This document shows positions 10,155-20,165 of a stretch of DNA of 64,000 bases, piece after piece. The DNA is from a candidate division WOR-3 bacterium (GTDB taxonomy: Bacteria > Hydrothermota > Tepidihabitantia > SM23-42 > JAOAFX01). Position 1 is the first letter of the stretch. The number at the start of each line of letters is the position of its first letter. The stretch is from contig JBDRWD010000001.1 of NCBI GenBank assembly GCA_039802205.1, forward strand, positions 13,658-77,657, in the 5' to 3' direction. The notes beneath the pieces were generated by a model, which saw nothing but the letters and a program-made list of their open reading frames with translations, made no database searches and was not told where the DNA came from. The position numbers were made by a program, and so were the translations under genes.

Positions 10155-12170
10155 ATGGTTACAATATTAACTATTTGGGTTATTAGTTTTCTGCCGCAGG
10201 AATATATTAATTTGGTAATGAGAGAAGAATATGAAGCGGCAGAAGAATATTGCAAAAAGATGATGGAAAAAAGCTCTGATTTTAAGTGGTATTTAGAATT
10301 AGGAGACCTTTATTTTGACAAACTTGACGAACCAATAAAAGCCAAACAGGTCTATCAAAATATTATTGACAAATATCCCCAGAAAGACGGGTGGGTATAT
10401 TATCGATTGGGTTTGGTATTGGAGACCCTTGAAGATTATCTAAATGCAGCCCGTACCTATGAAATAGTAGCGACTCGTTATCGGAATCCACCCCTTGATT
10501 CATTTGCGCTTTCCGGTGTAGAACGTTGCTTTAAAAAGAATTATCAGGATACCGTGGCAGTCGTTGATGGCTACCGGATTACGCGTCTGGAACTTGATGA
10601 AAGAATGGCAAAACAATCGCCTTTTGCCAAAAAAGATGAAAAAGGGACGCTTGACCAGATGATACTGGAACGTCTTCTTTATGTTCAAGCAATCAAGAAT
10701 AATGTAAAAGCAACTAAGGAATACAAAAACGCGCTAAAACAAACAAGGGTCAGTGCCCTGCTTGACGAAGTGAGAGCGATAAATGTATTAGCCAAAGCGA
10801 TTCCTACGGAAAAAGAAATGCGTAATTATTACAAGAAGAATAAACATTTTTATAAACTCTCCAAAGAAGTAAGAGGAAAAGAAATTGTTGTAGAATCCGA
10901 AAGTCTTGCCGTTCTTATTCGAGATTCGCTTTTGAAGGACCAACAAAGTTTTGACACCCTCGCAAAACTTTATTCAACTGCACCCACCAAAGGGGGGGGA
11001 GGCGAGATGGGTATTGTGATTCCGGGAACCAAACCTAAAGAGGTGGAAGATGTGCTGTTTAGTATTAAATTAAATACCATCTCGGATATAGTTAAGTTCG
11101 AGAATAAATTCGGGATCTATTTGGTATACGAACGCAAACCCGAGAGGTGGCGTGCTTATGATGAGGTAAAAACCCAGGTGGAAGCCGCGGTGCGGGCGGA
11201 AAAAATCCAAAAACAAGAAGAAAAATTTTTAAAAGATCTTAAGGCCAAAGCAAAGATTGAAATATTCAAAGATAGTATTATCACCGATTCCACCCAGAAA
11301 TCATCTACGAGAATTGTTGCACTGGTTAACAATCGGCCTATCAAATTCCAAGATGTGGAAACCAAAAACTCCTCACAACCAATGTTTGCCCGGCTTGATA
11401 TCTCCCAACCAGAGGAGTTTGAAAAAGTTTTGGAGTCATTGATTGAAGAGGAACTGAAATTGGAACTTGCCGAGCGGAATAAGTACTATCTTAACGATGG
11501 TTTTATCACCAAATACCAGGAGGGTATGAAACGCGCTTTGGAACAAGCGCTTTATACCAAGATGGTTATCGAAAATGCTAAAGTTGATTCTCAGGAGGTG
11601 GCAGATTATTATCAACAACATAAAGAAGAGATGAAAATACTTGAGACGATAAGGTGTAAAGAGATTGTCGTCCACAAAAAAGAAGAAGCTGAAAGGATTC
11701 GCAGTGAACTTGCAAAATACTACGGAGAAAAGAAATCATTTATTCCATTTCTAAGTAAGAGAGCAAAAATTAAAGATTTCACCATGTTTGATTCTTTGGC
11801 TAAAACTTACTCTACCGCCTACAATAAGTCCCGAGGCGGGGATACCGGTCCCTTAAAGCGAGGCTCAAGACCTAAGGAGTTTGAAGAAGTTGCATGGAAA
11901 TTAAAAATTGGAGAGCTGAGCAAGGTATTTTTAGTAGGTGATTCAAACTGGACAATTCTCACCAAAATTGAACATAACCCAGCTCGTTATCGGACATTCG
12001 AAGAGGTAAAAGCCTCGATTGAAATGAATCTATTGCGCGAAAAACAGCGTAAGATTGCTGACGATTATCTTGCTAAAATCAAGAATGAAGCGGATATCAA
12101 GATTATGCTGCCCGAACCGGTACCCGAAGAAGCGAAACCCGAAAATACCGAAACACAACCTAAAGAATAA
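10155..12170 (+). CDS. periplasmic PpiC/parvulin-type peptidyl-prolyl isomerase with two parvulin domains and an N-terminal TPR-like region (SurA/PpiD-like chaperone)
   Basis: Two rotamase-like segments (…GGGGEMGIVIPGTKPKEVEDVLFSIKLNTISDIVKFENKFGIYLV… and …RGGDTGPLKRGSRPKEFEEVAWKLKIGELSKVFLVGDSNWTILTKIE…). Hydrophobic N-terminus. Strong RBS (AAAGGAGG). Confidence 0.6.
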   Translation: MVTILTIWVISFLPQEYINLVMREEYEAAEEYCKKMMEKSSDFKWYLELGDLYFDKLDEPIKAKQVYQNIIDKYPQKDGWVYYRLGLVLETLEDYLNAARTYEIVATRYRNPPLDSFALSGVERCFKKNYQDTVAVVDGYRITRLELDERMAKQSPFAKKDEKGTLDQMILERLLYVQAIKNNVKATKEYKNALKQTRVSALLDEVRAINVLAKAIPTEKEMRNYYKKNKHFYKLSKEVRGKEIVVESESLAVLIRDSLLKDQQSFDTLAKLYSTAPTKGGGGEMGIVIPGTKPKEVEDVLFSIKLNTISDIVKFENKFGIYLVYERKPERWRAYDEVKTQVEAAVRAEKIQKQEEKFLKDLKAKAKIEIFKDSIITDSTQKSSTRIVALVNNRPIKFQDVETKNSSQPMFARLDISQPEEFEKVLESLIEEELKLELAERNKYYLNDGFITKYQEGMKRALEQALYTKMVIENAKVDSQEVADYYQQHKEEMKILETIRCKEIVVHKKEEAERIRSELAKYYGEKKSFIPFLSKRAKIKDFTMFDSLAKTYSTAYNKSRGGDTGPLKRGSRPKEFEEVAWKLKIGELSKVFLVGDSNWTILTKIEHNPARYRTFEEVKASIEMNLLREKQRKIADDYLAKIKNEADIKIMLPEPVPEEAKPENTETQPKE

Positions 12171-13172
12171 ATGCCCGAATTAAGAAAAGACCCGGTTTTA
12201 GGGCGCTGGGTTATCATCTCCACGGAACGGGCAAAAAGACCCAAAGATTTTAAGTTTGAGCCCGAAGAAAAAAAAATCAGTCCTCAAGAATGTCCATTCT
12301 GCCCTGGCAACGAATCAGCCACACCCCCTGAGATATATGCGATACGGAATAACGGCACTTTGCCCAACACACCGGGTTGGAGTCTTAGAGTTATTCCTAA
12401 CAAGTTCCCCGCCCTCCGCATCGAAGGCGAGCTTAATCGAAAAGGTGAGGGAATATATGATAAGATGAATGGCATCGGTGCCCATGAGGTGATAATCGAA
12501 ACGAATGACCATCAATACGACCTCGCTGATTTGCCAGAAGAAGCGGTCTATAATCTTGTGGATACTTATCAGAAACGAATAATCGATCTAAAAAAGGATT
12601 CTCGGCTTCGTTATGTCATGATCTTTAAAAACTTTGGGGCAGTAGCAGGAGCCTCGCTTGAACATAGTCATTCTCAACTGATTGCCACTCCAATCATTCC
12701 CAAGAGGGTAATTGAAGAGATGGATGGAGCGAAAAGATATTTTGAGTATCGGGATCGTTGTATTTTCTGTGATATCATAGCCCAGGAAACTAAAGTCAGC
12801 AAAAGAATGGTCTCTGAAAATAATAATTTTATTGCCATCTGCCCTTTTGCTCCGCGTTTTCCATTTGAAATCTGGATAATTCCGCGTCAGCATATTTCTA
12901 ATTTTGAAGACACTGATGGTAATGGGTTATATGACCTCGCAAAGATATTAAAAGATTGCTTGATTCGACTGAAAAAGGCACTGAATACCCCACCTTATAA
13001 CTTCATTATCCATACTACTCCTATCACTCTTAAAGGTATTGAATTCTATCATTACCATATAGAAATCATACCAGTACTCACCCGGATTGCAGGTTTTGAA
13101 TGGGGGACTGGTTTTTACATAAATCCTACGGCTCCTGAAGAATCCGCGGCGTATTTGAAAAATATCATGTGA
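12171..13172 (+). CDS. GalT-family (HIT-like) hexose-1-phosphate nucleotidyltransferase: galactose-1-P uridylyltransferase or ADP-glucose phosphorylase-like
   Basis: Zn-binding CPFCPGNE motif and the HxHxQ active site (LEHSHSQLIA). Starts the base after the upstream stop. Confidence 0.72.
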   Translation: MPELRKDPVLGRWVIISTERAKRPKDFKFEPEEKKISPQECPFCPGNESATPPEIYAIRNNGTLPNTPGWSLRVIPNKFPALRIEGELNRKGEGIYDKMNGIGAHEVIIETNDHQYDLADLPEEAVYNLVDTYQKRIIDLKKDSRLRYVMIFKNFGAVAGASLEHSHSQLIATPIIPKRVIEEMDGAKRYFEYRDRCIFCDIIAQETKVSKRMVSENNNFIAICPFAPRFPFEIWIIPRQHISNFEDTDGNGLYDLAKILKDCLIRLKKALNTPPYNFIIHTTPITLKGIEFYHYHIEIIPVLTRIAGFEWGTGFYINPTAPEESAAYLKNIM

Positions 13173-13197
13173 TTAAACAATGAAAGAACGGAGATAG

Positions 13198-14574
13198 ATG
13201 AAAATTGCTTTTGTCACTCCTGAGGCAGTACCATATGCTAAAACCGGAGGCCTGGCGGATGTTTGTGGGGCACTTCCGGTATACTTAACTAATTTAGGTC
13301 TCCAAGTTTCTCTCATTTTACCTCGATACCAAGGAATTATGGGAGAAAAAATTATGGATGTGGAGGTTGATTTTGGAGGTAGAAAAAAAATTGCCATATT
13401 CAGCGATGGGAAAGCATATTTTGTTGATTATCCAGCGTATTTCCAGCGCGAAGGTCTTTACGGCACATCTGCCGGGGATTATCCAGACAATTTTGAGCGT
13501 TTCACTCTTTTTGCCCAAGCGGTGGTATGCCTGTTAAAAGAAGTAAAATTTGATGTTGTCCACTGCCATGATTGGCAGACAGGGTTGATACCTTTATATA
13601 TCAAAAAATATGGATTGAATATCAAAACGGTTTTTACAATTCACAATCTTGGATATCAGGGCCGCTTTCCTGTCGAAAAGTTTCCCGCACTGAATATTGA
13701 ATGGGATTATTTCACCCCAGAGGGTATTGAATTTTACGGGGACATCAATTTTCTCAAAGCAGGAATTATTTATGCTGACGCAGTCACCACGGTTTCACCC
13801 ACCTATGCTCGACAAATTCAGACTCCAGAATATGGATTCGGGTTGGAAGGGGTTTTAACTAAATACCGCGACAAGCTTTATGGTATCCTTAATGGTATTG
13901 ATTATCGAATATGGAATCCGGAAAACGATCCGTTGATATATGAACCCTACACCAATTATGCGGGCAAGAAGAAAAACAAATCAGCATTGACCAGCGAACT
14001 ATTGCTTGATGCGCGAAGGCCTTTATTGGGGATGGTATCAAGGATCGCTGGACAGAAGGGCTTTGATATCCTGATAAAAGTTCTTGATGATATCTTAACA
14101 CTCAATTACTGCTTTGTTTTGCTAGGATTCGGAGAGGAGTTCTATTGTGAAAAACTTAAGAAATTTGCCAATTCCTATCCGGGTCAAATTTCAGTAAATA
14201 TTAAATTTGATGAAAAATTAGCCCATCGAATATATGCGGGCAGCGATTTCTTTTTGATGCCTTCAAAATATGAACCATGCGGCCTCGGGCAGATGATTAG
14301 TTTAAGATACGGCACAGTACCGATTGTGCATAAAACCGGAGGACTTGCGGATACAGTTTTTGCATTTGATCCGGTAACCCTTGCCGGCAACGGTTTTGTT
14401 TTTGACACTTACTCGCCGGAGAGTATGTTGGATACGTTAAAGTATGCGCACACCATATACTGCCAGGAGACAATTTTTGCGCAACTTTCAGAGAACTGTA
14501 TGAAATATGATTTTTCTTGGAATAATTCAGCTAAGGAATATAAAAATTTATATCAAAAGCTGTGGGAATATTGA
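13198..14574 (+). CDS. glgA: glycogen (starch) synthase, GT5 family
   Basis: MKIAFVTPEAVPYAKTGGLADVCGALP N-terminal ADP-glucose-binding signature and a GT-B C-terminal domain (…PSKYEPCGLGQMISLRYGTVPIVHKTGGLADTV…). Confidence 0.85.
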   Translation: MKIAFVTPEAVPYAKTGGLADVCGALPVYLTNLGLQVSLILPRYQGIMGEKIMDVEVDFGGRKKIAIFSDGKAYFVDYPAYFQREGLYGTSAGDYPDNFERFTLFAQAVVCLLKEVKFDVVHCHDWQTGLIPLYIKKYGLNIKTVFTIHNLGYQGRFPVEKFPALNIEWDYFTPEGIEFYGDINFLKAGIIYADAVTTVSPTYARQIQTPEYGFGLEGVLTKYRDKLYGILNGIDYRIWNPENDPLIYEPYTNYAGKKKNKSALTSELLLDARRPLLGMVSRIAGQKGFDILIKVLDDILTLNYCFVLLGFGEEFYCEKLKKFANSYPGQISVNIKFDEKLAHRIYAGSDFFLMPSKYEPCGLGQMISLRYGTVPIVHKTGGLADTVFAFDPVTLAGNGFVFDTYSPESMLDTLKYAHTIYCQETIFAQLSENCMKYDFSWNNSAKEYKNLYQKLWEY

Positions 14575-14630
14575 CTTTTGAGAAAAATTGACTATAGTTA
14601 ATAAAGTTATGCAAAACAGGAGGTTTAACC

Positions 14631-15554
14631 ATGGCAATGCCTAAATCCGAATATATTTGGATGGATGGAAATTTTGTTAAGTGGGACGATGCTAAAATTC
14701 ATATTTTGTCCCATGTAATTCATTATGGTACCGGGGTTTTTGAAGGATTGCGTTGCTATGATACGCCTAATGGTTCTGTATTATTTCGCTTAAAAGAACA
14801 TACTGAGCGATTGTTCAATTCGGCAAAAATATATCGTATGGAAATACCTTTTACCAAAGAACAGATAAATAATGCAATCATTGAGTTGATAAAAAAGAAT
14901 GGGTTGAAATCCGCATATGTCAGACCTATCGTCTATCGTGGTTATAACGAACTCGGAGTTAATCCTTTTCCCTGCCCGGTCTGTGTAGCAATTGCTACAC
15001 TTCAATGGGGAAAATATTTAGGTGCGGATGCGCTGGAAAATGGCATTGATGTAATGATTTCCTCCTGGAATAGAATGGCACCCAATACATTTCCGGCAAT
15101 GGCAAAATGCAGCGCCAATTATATGAATTCCCAGTTGATAAAAATGGAGGCGCTTGTCTATGGCTTCGTTGAAGGTATTGCCCTTGATAATGCCGGCTAT
15201 GTGAGTGAAGGATCAGGAGAAAATATCTTTGCTGTCAAAAATGGAGTCGTTTATACCCCACCCCTCCATGCTTGTATCTTACCTGGGATAACTCGGGATA
15301 CCGTGATTCAATTATGTAAAGACCTCGGCATCCCGCTTGTTCAAGAGATGTTGAATCGGGAGTTTCTCTATCTTGCTGATGAAGTATTCTTTACCGGTTC
15401 CGCGGCTGAGGTTACTCCCATCCGGAGTATTGATAAAATAACCATTGGTGAAGGTAAAGCTGGACCAATTACCCGAAAAATTCAGAAATACTTTTTTGAT
15501 ATTATTGAAGGACGAATAGAAGATAAACATAACTGGCTTACCAAGGTTGTTTGA
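14631..15554 (+). CDS. ilvE: branched-chain amino acid aminotransferase (class IV PLP fold)
   Basis: Class IV aminotransferase motifs (…HVIHYGTGVFEGLRCY…, …ENIFAVKNGVVYTPP…). RBS AGGAGG. Confidence 0.78.
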   Translation: MAMPKSEYIWMDGNFVKWDDAKIHILSHVIHYGTGVFEGLRCYDTPNGSVLFRLKEHTERLFNSAKIYRMEIPFTKEQINNAIIELIKKNGLKSAYVRPIVYRGYNELGVNPFPCPVCVAIATLQWGKYLGADALENGIDVMISSWNRMAPNTFPAMAKCSANYMNSQLIKMEALVYGFVEGIALDNAGYVSEGSGENIFAVKNGVVYTPPLHACILPGITRDTVIQLCKDLGIPLVQEMLNREFLYLADEVFFTGSAAEVTPIRSIDKITIGEGKAGPITRKIQKYFFDIIEGRIEDKHNWLTKVV

Positions 15555-15569
15555 TAATAAGATATATCT

Positions 15570-16025
15570 ATGAAGATCGGCGTGGGTGCTGACCATCGCG
15601 GTGTGCGTTTGAAGTCCAAAATAAAGGATTTTCTTATTGCCCAAAACCACCGTGTAATCGATTATGGTACTAATTCCGTGGAGCCTGTAGATTATCCTAC
15701 CATCGCGCTCAATGTTGCTCGTGCCGTAGCAAAAAAAAGAATAAAATATGGCATTATCATCTGTTTTAGTGGCCAAGGAATGGCAATAACTGCAAACAAG
15801 GTCCCCGGAATAAGAGCTGCGATCTGTACCGATCGGGAACTCGCCTATTATGCTCGGGCTCATAATGATGCGAATATTCTTGTCTTGCCGGCCCGGACAA
15901 TTAAATATAAACGACAATGGCAACCTATTATTGAAACTTTTTTCAACACTAAGTTTGAGGGTGGGAGGCACGAGCGGCGGCTAAATCTAATTAAAGAATA
16001 TGAAAAGAGTCTTCGGCAAATTTAA
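15570..16025 (+). CDS. rpiB: ribose-5-phosphate isomerase B
   Basis: MKIGVGADHRGVRLK…IICFSGQGMAITANKVPGIRAA…FEGGRHERR aligns along the full length with RpiB/LacAB. Confidence 0.85.
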   Translation: MKIGVGADHRGVRLKSKIKDFLIAQNHRVIDYGTNSVEPVDYPTIALNVARAVAKKRIKYGIIICFSGQGMAITANKVPGIRAAICTDRELAYYARAHNDANILVLPARTIKYKRQWQPIIETFFNTKFEGGRHERRLNLIKEYEKSLRQI

Positions 16026-16081
16026 AGCCATGAAATCAAATGCTATTGGAATCCATGTATTATTGATTTAATACTTCTAAT

Positions 16082-16957
16082 ATGAAAGTTTTACCTATTG
16101 CCTTTGATTCCTTAGGCGCTCGGAGCATGGCGACTTTTATTGAGACAAAAGATGTTAAGATATTCATTGATCCCGCAGTTTCATTGTCACCGGACCGTTT
16201 TTCCTTGCCACCACATAAGGTTGAAATTGATCGACATAGAAAATTATGGGAGGACATCAAAAAATGGGCGTGTCTGGCAGATATAATTATTATCACGCAT
16301 TACCATTATGATCACCATAATCCCAATGAACCGGAATTATTTAAAGAAAAAGAGATCTTTATCAAAAATCCCCATGAATTTATTAATGAAAGCCAGAAAA
16401 ACCGGGCAGCTTTTTTCTTAAGTCAAATAGAGGGTAAAGTCCGCTCAATTGTAGTCGCGGATGGCAGATCGTTTAATTTTGGCCAGACGAAAATCACATT
16501 TTCTCCACCGGTCTATCACGGCCAGAATAATCGTCTGGGTTATGTTTTGATGGTATTAATCGAAGAAAATACGCGGTTTGTCTTCAGCTCTGATATCCAG
16601 GGACCGCTGGTTGAAGAACCGGTTAATTTCATCATAAAAAATGATCCAGAGATTTTGTTTCTGGATGGACCATCAACTTATCTGGTGGGTTCCCATTACA
16701 AAAAAACGGACATGGAATGTGCATTGAATTATTTAAAAAAGATTATCAGCAGTACCCAAATAAAGGACTTCGTCATTGATCACCACCTTTTACGTGATCT
16801 CAACTGGGAGGACTTTGTTGTCAATCTTAGAAATATCAACCACAAGACCAAAATTCAATCGGCAGCTCGATTTCGAGGCAATCCTGAAGACTTGCTGGAA
16901 GCCCGGCGCAAAGATTTTTATGAGGGTAAGTGTCAATTCGTCGATCGGTATGAGTGA
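16082..16957 (+). CDS. MBL-fold metallo-hydrolase (archaeal UPF0282-like)
   Basis: HYHYDHHNP metal-binding motif and beta-lactamase-fold spacing. The 3' end overlaps the MoxR start by 4 nt. Confidence 0.55.
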   Translation: MKVLPIAFDSLGARSMATFIETKDVKIFIDPAVSLSPDRFSLPPHKVEIDRHRKLWEDIKKWACLADIIIITHYHYDHHNPNEPELFKEKEIFIKNPHEFINESQKNRAAFFLSQIEGKVRSIVVADGRSFNFGQTKITFSPPVYHGQNNRLGYVLMVLIEENTRFVFSSDIQGPLVEEPVNFIIKNDPEILFLDGPSTYLVGSHYKKTDMECALNYLKKIISSTQIKDFVIDHHLLRDLNWEDFVVNLRNINHKTKIQSAARFRGNPEDLLEARRKDFYEGKCQFVDRYE

Positions 16958-17952
16958 TTAAAATGACCACAACCAACGGCGTCAAGGCTATTCAAAAGAT
17001 CCACGAATATGTAGTAAAAATAGAACAGGAACTCAGTAAGGTTATTATTGGACAAAAATCGGTCATTGAACAGGTTTTAATCTCTTTATTCTGTAATGGA
17101 CATTCTTTGATAATCGGCGTACCGGGTCTAGCTAAGACAATGCTCGTAAACACCATTGCTCAGATCGTCGACCTTACTTTTAATCGTATCCAGTTTACAC
17201 CGGATTTGATGCCTTCGGATATAACCGGAACCGAAGTAATTGAAGAAGACCGGACCACGGGAAAAAGGAATTTTCGCTTCGTCAAAGGACCTATATTTGC
17301 CAACGTAGTTCTGGCTGATGAGATAAATCGCGCTCCTCCCAAGACCCAGTCGGCTCTGTTACAAGCGATGCAGGAGTACAAAGTCACTTATGGTGGGCAG
17401 ACTTATCCTCTACCGATACCTTTCTTTGTTCTTGCTACCCAAAATCCGATTGAACAAGAAGGAACTTATCCGTTACCCGAGGCACAACTTGACCGTTTTA
17501 TGTTCACAATAAATATCACCTATCCCAGTCGGAAAGAAGAGATTGAGATTGTAAAGACCACCACCTCGGCATATAAAGCCGACTTGAAAAAAGTTATTAA
17601 TGCGGCTGATTTTACTGATTTACAACAGATTATACGCCGGATACCGGTATCGGATGAATTGATTGAAAGAACTGTAGAGCTTGTTGAGATGACTCGTCCC
17701 GAAAACAATAATGCTCCAGAAATGGTAAAAAAATATGTTGCCTGGGGAGCAGGACCAAGGGCATCACAATACTTAATACTTGGGGCGAAGGCACGGGCAG
17801 CAATGGATGGCAGGTTTTCACCCAACCTTGAAGATGTGCGTTATGTATGCCATCCAGTCTTAAGACACCGGATAATTACAAATTTTGCTGCTGAAGCAGA
17901 AGGAATAAAATCCGATTGGATTATTGATGAACTGTTAAGGAATTTCTTGTAA
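16954..17952 (+). CDS. MoxR-family AAA+ ATPase
   Basis: GHSLIIGVPGLAKTMLVNTIAQ (Walker A), LADEINRAPPKTQSALLQAMQE (Walker B / sensor), about 330 aa. These are diagnostic of MoxR/RavA. Confidence 0.85.
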   Translation: MIKMTTTNGVKAIQKIHEYVVKIEQELSKVIIGQKSVIEQVLISLFCNGHSLIIGVPGLAKTMLVNTIAQIVDLTFNRIQFTPDLMPSDITGTEVIEEDRTTGKRNFRFVKGPIFANVVLADEINRAPPKTQSALLQAMQEYKVTYGGQTYPLPIPFFVLATQNPIEQEGTYPLPEAQLDRFMFTINITYPSRKEEIEIVKTTTSAYKADLKKVINAADFTDLQQIIRRIPVSDELIERTVELVEMTRPENNNAPEMVKKYVAWGAGPRASQYLILGAKARAAMDGRFSPNLEDVRYVCHPVLRHRIITNFAAEAEGIKSDWIIDELLRNFL

Positions 17953-18046
17953 TGTAGGGCAAACCTTCAGGTTTGCATTATCAACTTAAAAAGGGGCGGC
18001 TTTTGCCACCCCTTTTGTTTATCGCGGCTTTAAGCCGCTCCTACCA
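17953..18046. repeat. Cloverleaf-type palindromic intergenic element, copy A. It fills the gap between the convergent MoxR and T9SS genes and contains a bidirectional terminator-like hairpin.
   Basis: Outer stem TGTAGG…CCTAC(C)A. Inner hairpins GCAAACC-TTCA-GGTTTGC, AAAAGGGG-(12 nt)-CCCCTTTT and GCGGC-TTTAA-GCCGC. The 3' motif CCTACCATTT is shared with copy B. Confidence 0.55.
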
Positions 18047-18056
18047 TTTGCTGGAT

Positions 18057-20039
18057 TTACCGCACTATCGTCATCGTCTTGGTCGCAGTTCCTTCAGGTG
18101 TTTCAACCCGCACAAAGTAAATACCATTGGGAAGTTCCTGATTGTTTAAGTTGAGTGTATATGTGCCTGCTGATTTAGACTCGTTCACAATATTGTCAAC
18201 CAATCTGCCACTTGCATTATAAATAGATACCTTCACAATGCCCGGATTCTTTGTGGTATATGAAACTTTTGCAGACCCATTTGAGGGATTGGGGGAGAGG
18301 GCCACATCTATCCGCGCAGTAGGTTTTTCTTTGTGCTCCCAGATTCCATAATTCTCATCCGGGAATGATAATCTTGGGTCAGCATCGCTGGAGTAGGTAT
18401 AATATCGCATCCATACAATGGCTGGGAACCATTGATTGTGTGTAGCATTCCACATCGTTGTCATATCTATTTGATAAAAACCATAAGGCCTGCCAAAGTC
18501 GAAAGAAGAAACTAAGGTATCTATTACATTTGCACCGACAACTTCAAAGTAATTGGGATCATATTTGGACATGTTAGCAAGGGCTGTAGAATCATTGAGA
18601 GTTCGTAAAGCAAAAGGAATATAATAGTTGTCTCCATTATGGTCTTTATAGTAAGACAAGTGATAATAATCTGGTCCGGTGTTATTACCCGCATACTCAC
18701 CATCACAGGATATTACCGGAGTTTTCGTCATAACGACATCACCATCAACTAATTGTGATATAAAATTTCCACCGCTTGCCATCCGGAACAGTATTCTAAC
18801 ATTATAATCAGTTGATGTCCAAGGATATCCGAATGCAACAACAACACTTGGCCGATTATAGTTATGAGATGCTGACACATCAATAGCGTCAATACTTTGC
18901 GAATGCACATATTCGGTCTCTATCCAGGAACCTGGTGCACCTGAGATGCTTTCCAAGATGACAAGTGAATTATTAGACTTTCTGGCAACGAATACAAATT
19001 TATCGGTTGATTGGGAAGCAGCACCTTGGGCACCTTTGGGTATTGCATACACGCTTGATGTCCATGAGGAAGTATAAACAGTTGACCAATTCTGCCCCTG
19101 ATCCGTAGATTGTGCAATTACCACATTACCCGTGGTATAATTATGGTAAATGCAGCAGATACGATGCTCACTCCAAATATGTTCAACACTGAGGTGTGGT
19201 TGTATACAAAAATCGCTTGTGTTTTCTACATTGGAGATCATAGTTTGTGAAGAATCATTCAAGTTGCTAAAACGTCTGACCCATATATCACCTGAAGTAA
19301 TCGATGAAATATATGTATAGGCTTCATACAAATACTGATTCCCAGGGTCGATCACCACGTCAAAAACAATACGATCAGCAGTTGTCGAACCATATGAATG
19401 CCATAAACTCCAAGTATTTCCGTAGTCTGTTGAACGCCAAAGAAACATTGTATCATTACCAATCTCTGAAGTTGAGTTGGAAGCGGTTACGAATACATAA
19501 TTGTTGAAAGAGGCGACTGATGGAGTGATGTGATCTACAAGACTTAGATCAACATAACCCATGTCCCAGCCTGTTCCCTGTCTATTATCATCACGGTCAA
19601 ACCATTTTGGGTTATTAAAATTACTGCCACTTTCTTCATATTCGTTCTTTGGAAGTGTTTTTTCTCTTTCTAAATATTTAATATAGTTTTCTGCCTCGTT
19701 CAAGATATAGGTGAATTCAGCATAATTCCAATCGGTTGGTTGCGATTGTAGTTTTTGCCACAGTTTTTGGAGCCTAATTCTGTATCCAACATATTCATTT
19801 TCTTCAGCAGAATAAACATCTTCGGGTAATCTGGGTAACAGGTTATTAAACCTCCGCTGAAGATCCGTGAGTGTAGACTGTTTTTCATTTATTGACATAC
19901 CTTGCCATTCTTTTGCAAGGGCATTCTTTTCGCTTGTCCAGCCGGTAGGCACTATGATAACATTATCATCTTTTTCTACCGCAAAAAGCGGCGCCAACAA
20001 TATTACAAATAACACTAATGCCTTAATTGTTCTTTTCAT
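18057..20039 (-). CDS. secreted BNR/Asp-box repeat protein with a T9SS C-terminal sorting domain
   Basis: Signal peptide (MKRTIKALVLFVILLAPLFA). Asp-box motifs (STDYGNTWS, STDQGQNWS). C-terminal Por_Secre_tail-like segment (…PNPSNGSAKVSY…VSIYNASGRLV…NGIYFVRVETPEGTATKTMTIVR). Confidence 0.7.
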   Translation of the reverse strand: MKRTIKALVLFVILLAPLFAVEKDDNVIIVPTGWTSEKNALAKEWQGMSINEKQSTLTDLQRRFNNLLPRLPEDVYSAEENEYVGYRIRLQKLWQKLQSQPTDWNYAEFTYILNEAENYIKYLEREKTLPKNEYEESGSNFNNPKWFDRDDNRQGTGWDMGYVDLSLVDHITPSVASFNNYVFVTASNSTSEIGNDTMFLWRSTDYGNTWSLWHSYGSTTADRIVFDVVIDPGNQYLYEAYTYISSITSGDIWVRRFSNLNDSSQTMISNVENTSDFCIQPHLSVEHIWSEHRICCIYHNYTTGNVVIAQSTDQGQNWSTVYTSSWTSSVYAIPKGAQGAASQSTDKFVFVARKSNNSLVILESISGAPGSWIETEYVHSQSIDAIDVSASHNYNRPSVVVAFGYPWTSTDYNVRILFRMASGGNFISQLVDGDVVMTKTPVISCDGEYAGNNTGPDYYHLSYYKDHNGDNYYIPFALRTLNDSTALANMSKYDPNYFEVVGANVIDTLVSSFDFGRPYGFYQIDMTTMWNATHNQWFPAIVWMRYYTYSSDADPRLSFPDENYGIWEHKEKPTARIDVALSPNPSNGSAKVSYTTKNPGIVKVSIYNASGRLVDNIVNESKSAGTYTLNLNNQELPNGIYFVRVETPEGTATKTMTIVR

Positions 20040-20165
20040 TTTTTTCTCCTTTCTTTATTTCTACTTATTCACTTTTCAGCCTTTGGCTGAAAGACAACCT
20101 AAACAAATGGAGATATATTATTTTATTTCTCCTTGTAATCACACCTCCTTTCTTAAAAAACTTGT

